Below, piece after piece: positions 63,763 to 64,000 of a stretch of DNA of 64,000 nucleotides. Origin of the DNA: Streptosporangium soli (lineage in GTDB: Bacteria > Actinomycetota > Actinomycetes > Streptosporangiales > Streptosporangiaceae); contig JAKNTW010000009.1 in NCBI GenBank assembly GCA_022213955.1, positions 213,580-277,579 of the forward strand. Direction: 5' to 3'. The notes under the pieces are model-generated. The model did not search any database. It had not been told where the DNA came from and saw nothing but the letters and a program-made list of their open reading frames with translations. Within the stretch, counting starts at the first letter, position 1. Every line of letters begins with the position of its first letter. Position numbers and translations under genes: made by a program.

Positions 63763-64000
63763 CATGGCAAGGACTGTGCGGTTCCACGAGATCGGCGGAC
63801 CCGAGGTGATGCGGCTGGAGGACCTGGAGCCAGGTGAGCCGGGACCGGGCGAAGTGCGGATCCGGGTAGACGCGATCGGTGTCAACAGGGCCGAGGCACT
63901 GTTCCGGAGCGGCCAGTACATCGAGTCGGTCAAGCAACTGCCCGCCAGGCTCGGCTCCGAGGCCGCCGGCGTGATCGAGGCGGTCGGCCCCGAGGTGACC
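63763..64000 (+). CDS. NADPH:quinone oxidoreductase / zinc-type MDR dehydrogenase (5' partial, runs off window)
   Basis: RBS aaggacgg before the ATG. N-terminal GroES-like region MARTVRFHEIGGPEVMRLEDLEPGEPGPGEVRIRV. Divergent from ArsR. Confidence 0.7.

Noticed and set aside
1-64000. Mobile elements or a horizontally acquired island
   Set aside because: No transposase, integrase, recombinase, tRNA attachment site or terminal inverted repeats were seen. GC content and codon bias are uniform apart from short AT-rich promoter islands (1180-1300, 25868-26070, 33620-33820).

Overview
64-kb chromosomal segment from a high-GC (~72%) actinomycete, probably Streptomyces or Streptosporangiales-like. 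Supporting features are a subtilisin-inhibitor (SSI) gene, an SCO5389-family protein, an AfsR-like SARP regulator and an AA10 LPMO with a CebR box. I call about 55 protein-coding genes and found no rRNA, tRNA, CRISPR array, transposase or integrase. Coordinates I placed by reading the sequence directly (motifs, promoter, hairpins) may be off by 1 nt; coordinates derived from the ORF track are exact.

Gene content in order:
- TetR regulator, Zn-ribbon protein and SAM-dependent methyltransferase.
- A 102-bp tandem repeat array next to a 984-aa AfsR-like SARP regulator.
- Aminotransferase with a divergent LysR regulator, then rnhB.
- LLM oxidoreductase, SCO5389-family protein, a P-loop ATPase, and an SMR efflux pump.
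- An LCP-family gene followed by a translationally coupled operon (- strand): FabH-like KAS III, GT2 glycosyltransferase, P450, acyl-CoA ligase, NAD-dependent epimerase.
- gnd plus a Zn-dependent glucose dehydrogenase.
- AA10 LPMO preceded by a perfect CebR operator, and an SSI protease inhibitor.
- An NfeD - flotillin - 1641-aa AAA+ ATPase operon.
- D-aminoacylase, PaaZ and a 900-aa secreted Zn-metalloprotease.
- TetR regulator with a multi-sensor SpoIIE phosphatase.
- HxlR regulator with an MFS exporter, and RidA.
- A PucR-controlled coupled cluster: NCS1 permease, LLM, M24 hydrolase, threonine-synthase-like PLP enzyme, LLM, plus an extradiol dioxygenase.
- The mrpA(B)CDEFG cation/proton antiporter operon.
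- A ricin-type lectin, an ArsR regulator and a partial quinone oxidoreductase.

Most striking: at seven or more gene junctions the stop/start overlap region (ATGA or GTGA) has been tandemly duplicated. Each duplication leaves diverged mini-ORFs that keep the overlap architecture. The most elaborate case is three extra copies of the P450 N-terminus between the GT2 and P450 genes. The flotillin-associated giant ATPase operon and the PucR-linked catabolic cluster are the best candidates for uncharacterised systems.
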